From: Bdellovibrionota bacterium
GTDB taxonomy: Bacteria > Bdellovibrionota_G > JALEGL01 > DATDPG01
Direction: 5' to 3'
NCBI GenBank assembly: GCA_963668355.1
Contig: OY764265.1
Location: 576,001-640,000, forward strand
Length of the DNA stretch: 64,000 nucleotides
Position 1 is the first letter of the stretch. Each line of letters begins with the position of its first letter. A program made the translations under genes and the position numbers. Below the pieces are notes generated by a model. It did no database searches. It was given only the letters and a program-made list of their open reading frames with translations, and had not been told where the DNA came from. Shown here piece after piece: positions 62,759 to 64,000 of this stretch.

Positions 62759-63970
62759 TTACAAACATCCTGCGAGGGTGTCGATGGCGTAGAAGTTGGC
62801 GCTGGATTCGGTGATTTGGGTGCTAGGGTCGACCAATAGGTTGGCGAGCTTTTTGGCTAGATGATCGCGATGAAGGTTTCTCGCATAGCGCAATAGCATG
62901 CTGGCAAAATAATGGTCGGGAACAATCTCTGGTTTCCCCTCGAAATGAAGTCCATGCTGAACGATATGCCCATATTCATGAGTTAGCCAAAAGGGAGCCA
63001 TGGCATCGCTTCCAGTGGGGAAGAGAACCCCCTCATCAAAACCTTCATCCATGTAGTAAATACCGGTATCGGTTCGGGCTCTAATAAGACGATTCGATAA
63101 AAAATGTGCCCCCAAGCTGGTTATCCCAATTCCTCGAGACTCATTTCCGGTAAGTGGGTTTACCACGTTAAAAGCGCTTCCTGCTTGTTTTTGCTCGCTG
63201 TCGAAAAAGAAACCATCCGATTCGAGGATCGTTTGTAAACTCTCGCCCACTCTTGGGTTACAGCTGGATATGTCTTGCACCACATTTTCAGTGGGTGGGT
63301 ACAGATCATGGGAAGGTTCCAAAGGTACAAAACGGTTTTCCCAAGCGGATTCTATGAGTCGATTGTAACGAAAGAGACCTTTTTTTCGGAAATCACGTAG
63401 GAGGGCATCTAAGACAGATTTAAACTGCATTGGATGTACGTCGTCGTATCGAACCCCAGTTACGGTTCGGAAGCGACCTTCAAAAGCCGAGGGTTGTAAA
63501 TCTTGTGCATACAACATACCCCACCACAGGTCTTTGATGATTCTGAGGGTTTCTCGAGCCGACTTTTCTTCGGGACGCTTTTGATGGGCCCAGTTGAGGA
63601 CATTGTTTACGGCTCCTTTGGAGAGTCGCGCTTTTTCCTCCGTAAGGTAGGACTGAATTAGTCCACGTAGCCTGGGAAGGTTTTCGAGCCGTTTGTAGGT
63701 GTCTTGAAGGACATAGGTATTGAAGTCTGAAGAAAGAGGGGTCAGAACTTTAAGTGGTTCTTTTGTTTCTGCGTCGCTCTTTCGAGTGATGATTTTTTCT
63801 GCGATGTCGTCTGTCGCGTCATACACATATTCGACGTTTAGACCTGTTGGAAATTGCACTTCTGAAATGCGTCCCTTCGAGTTTCGAGAAACCTTTAGAT
63901 TTAGAAATTTCGCATAGGAAGTGATGGGAAAAACGACGGTCAGACAAGAAATGAGAAATAAACGAAACAT
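62759..63970 (-). CDS. Secreted putative zinc metallopeptidase with an N-terminal YD-repeat-like segment
   Basis: Signal peptide; RNSKGRISEVQFPTGLNVEYVYD; LTHEYGHIVQH (HExxH). Confidence 0.65.
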   Translation of the reverse strand: MFRLFLISCLTVVFPITSYAKFLNLKVSRNSKGRISEVQFPTGLNVEYVYDATDDIAEKIITRKSDAETKEPLKVLTPLSSDFNTYVLQDTYKRLENLPRLRGLIQSYLTEEKARLSKGAVNNVLNWAHQKRPEEKSARETLRIIKDLWWGMLYAQDLQPSAFEGRFRTVTGVRYDDVHPMQFKSVLDALLRDFRKKGLFRYNRLIESAWENRFVPLEPSHDLYPPTENVVQDISSCNPRVGESLQTILESDGFFFDSEQKQAGSAFNVVNPLTGNESRGIGITSLGAHFLSNRLIRARTDTGIYYMDEGFDEGVLFPTGSDAMAPFWLTHEYGHIVQHGLHFEGKPEIVPDHYFASMLLRYARNLHRDHLAKKLANLLVDPSTQITESSANFYAIDTLAGCL

Positions 63971-64000
63971 CGGGCGCGGTATAGCCTCATTAACGCAGCC

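Overview
Bacterial chromosomal window. Gene content (canonical mglB-mglA, zinc-ribbon/TPR proteins, ccsA-hemA-C-D-B, many secreted orphans) points to a delta-proteobacteria-like lineage (Myxococcota/Bdellovibrionota-type; inference). Positions 1-48 kb are mostly housekeeping genes: glnE, ilvE, ftsY, ssb, alr, mlaEFD, purH/D/E, hem, mre/mrd, ppiD, ptrB, mglAB, recR, dnaX and SRP RNA. Three perfect or near-perfect sigma54 promoters lie in front of secreted orphan genes. The most unusual part starts at tRNA-Ser(GCT) (53248-53341). An ~8.6 kb element integrated at its 3' end (core CCGCCA) encodes a large serine recombinase whose C-terminus is read from the antisense strand of the tRNA. The element also carries a complete INTERNAL, INVERTED copy of its own attP junction (54871-55317). 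As a result the recombinase gene is bracketed by 94-bp inverted repeats and the cargo by 359-bp inverted repeats, and the excised circle would have a 2-micron-plasmid-like two-module dumbbell layout. The cargo is two HEPN proteins (one ApeA-like), an orphan, and an Xis-like HTH-SF2 helicase fusion with a small Zn-finger partner behind four 10-bp phased repeats. Beyond attR, a tRNA-mimicking RtT-like repeat has apparently been used as a second integration site by a related, recombinase-less arm. All calls are by eye from the sequence and ORF track; no searches were run.
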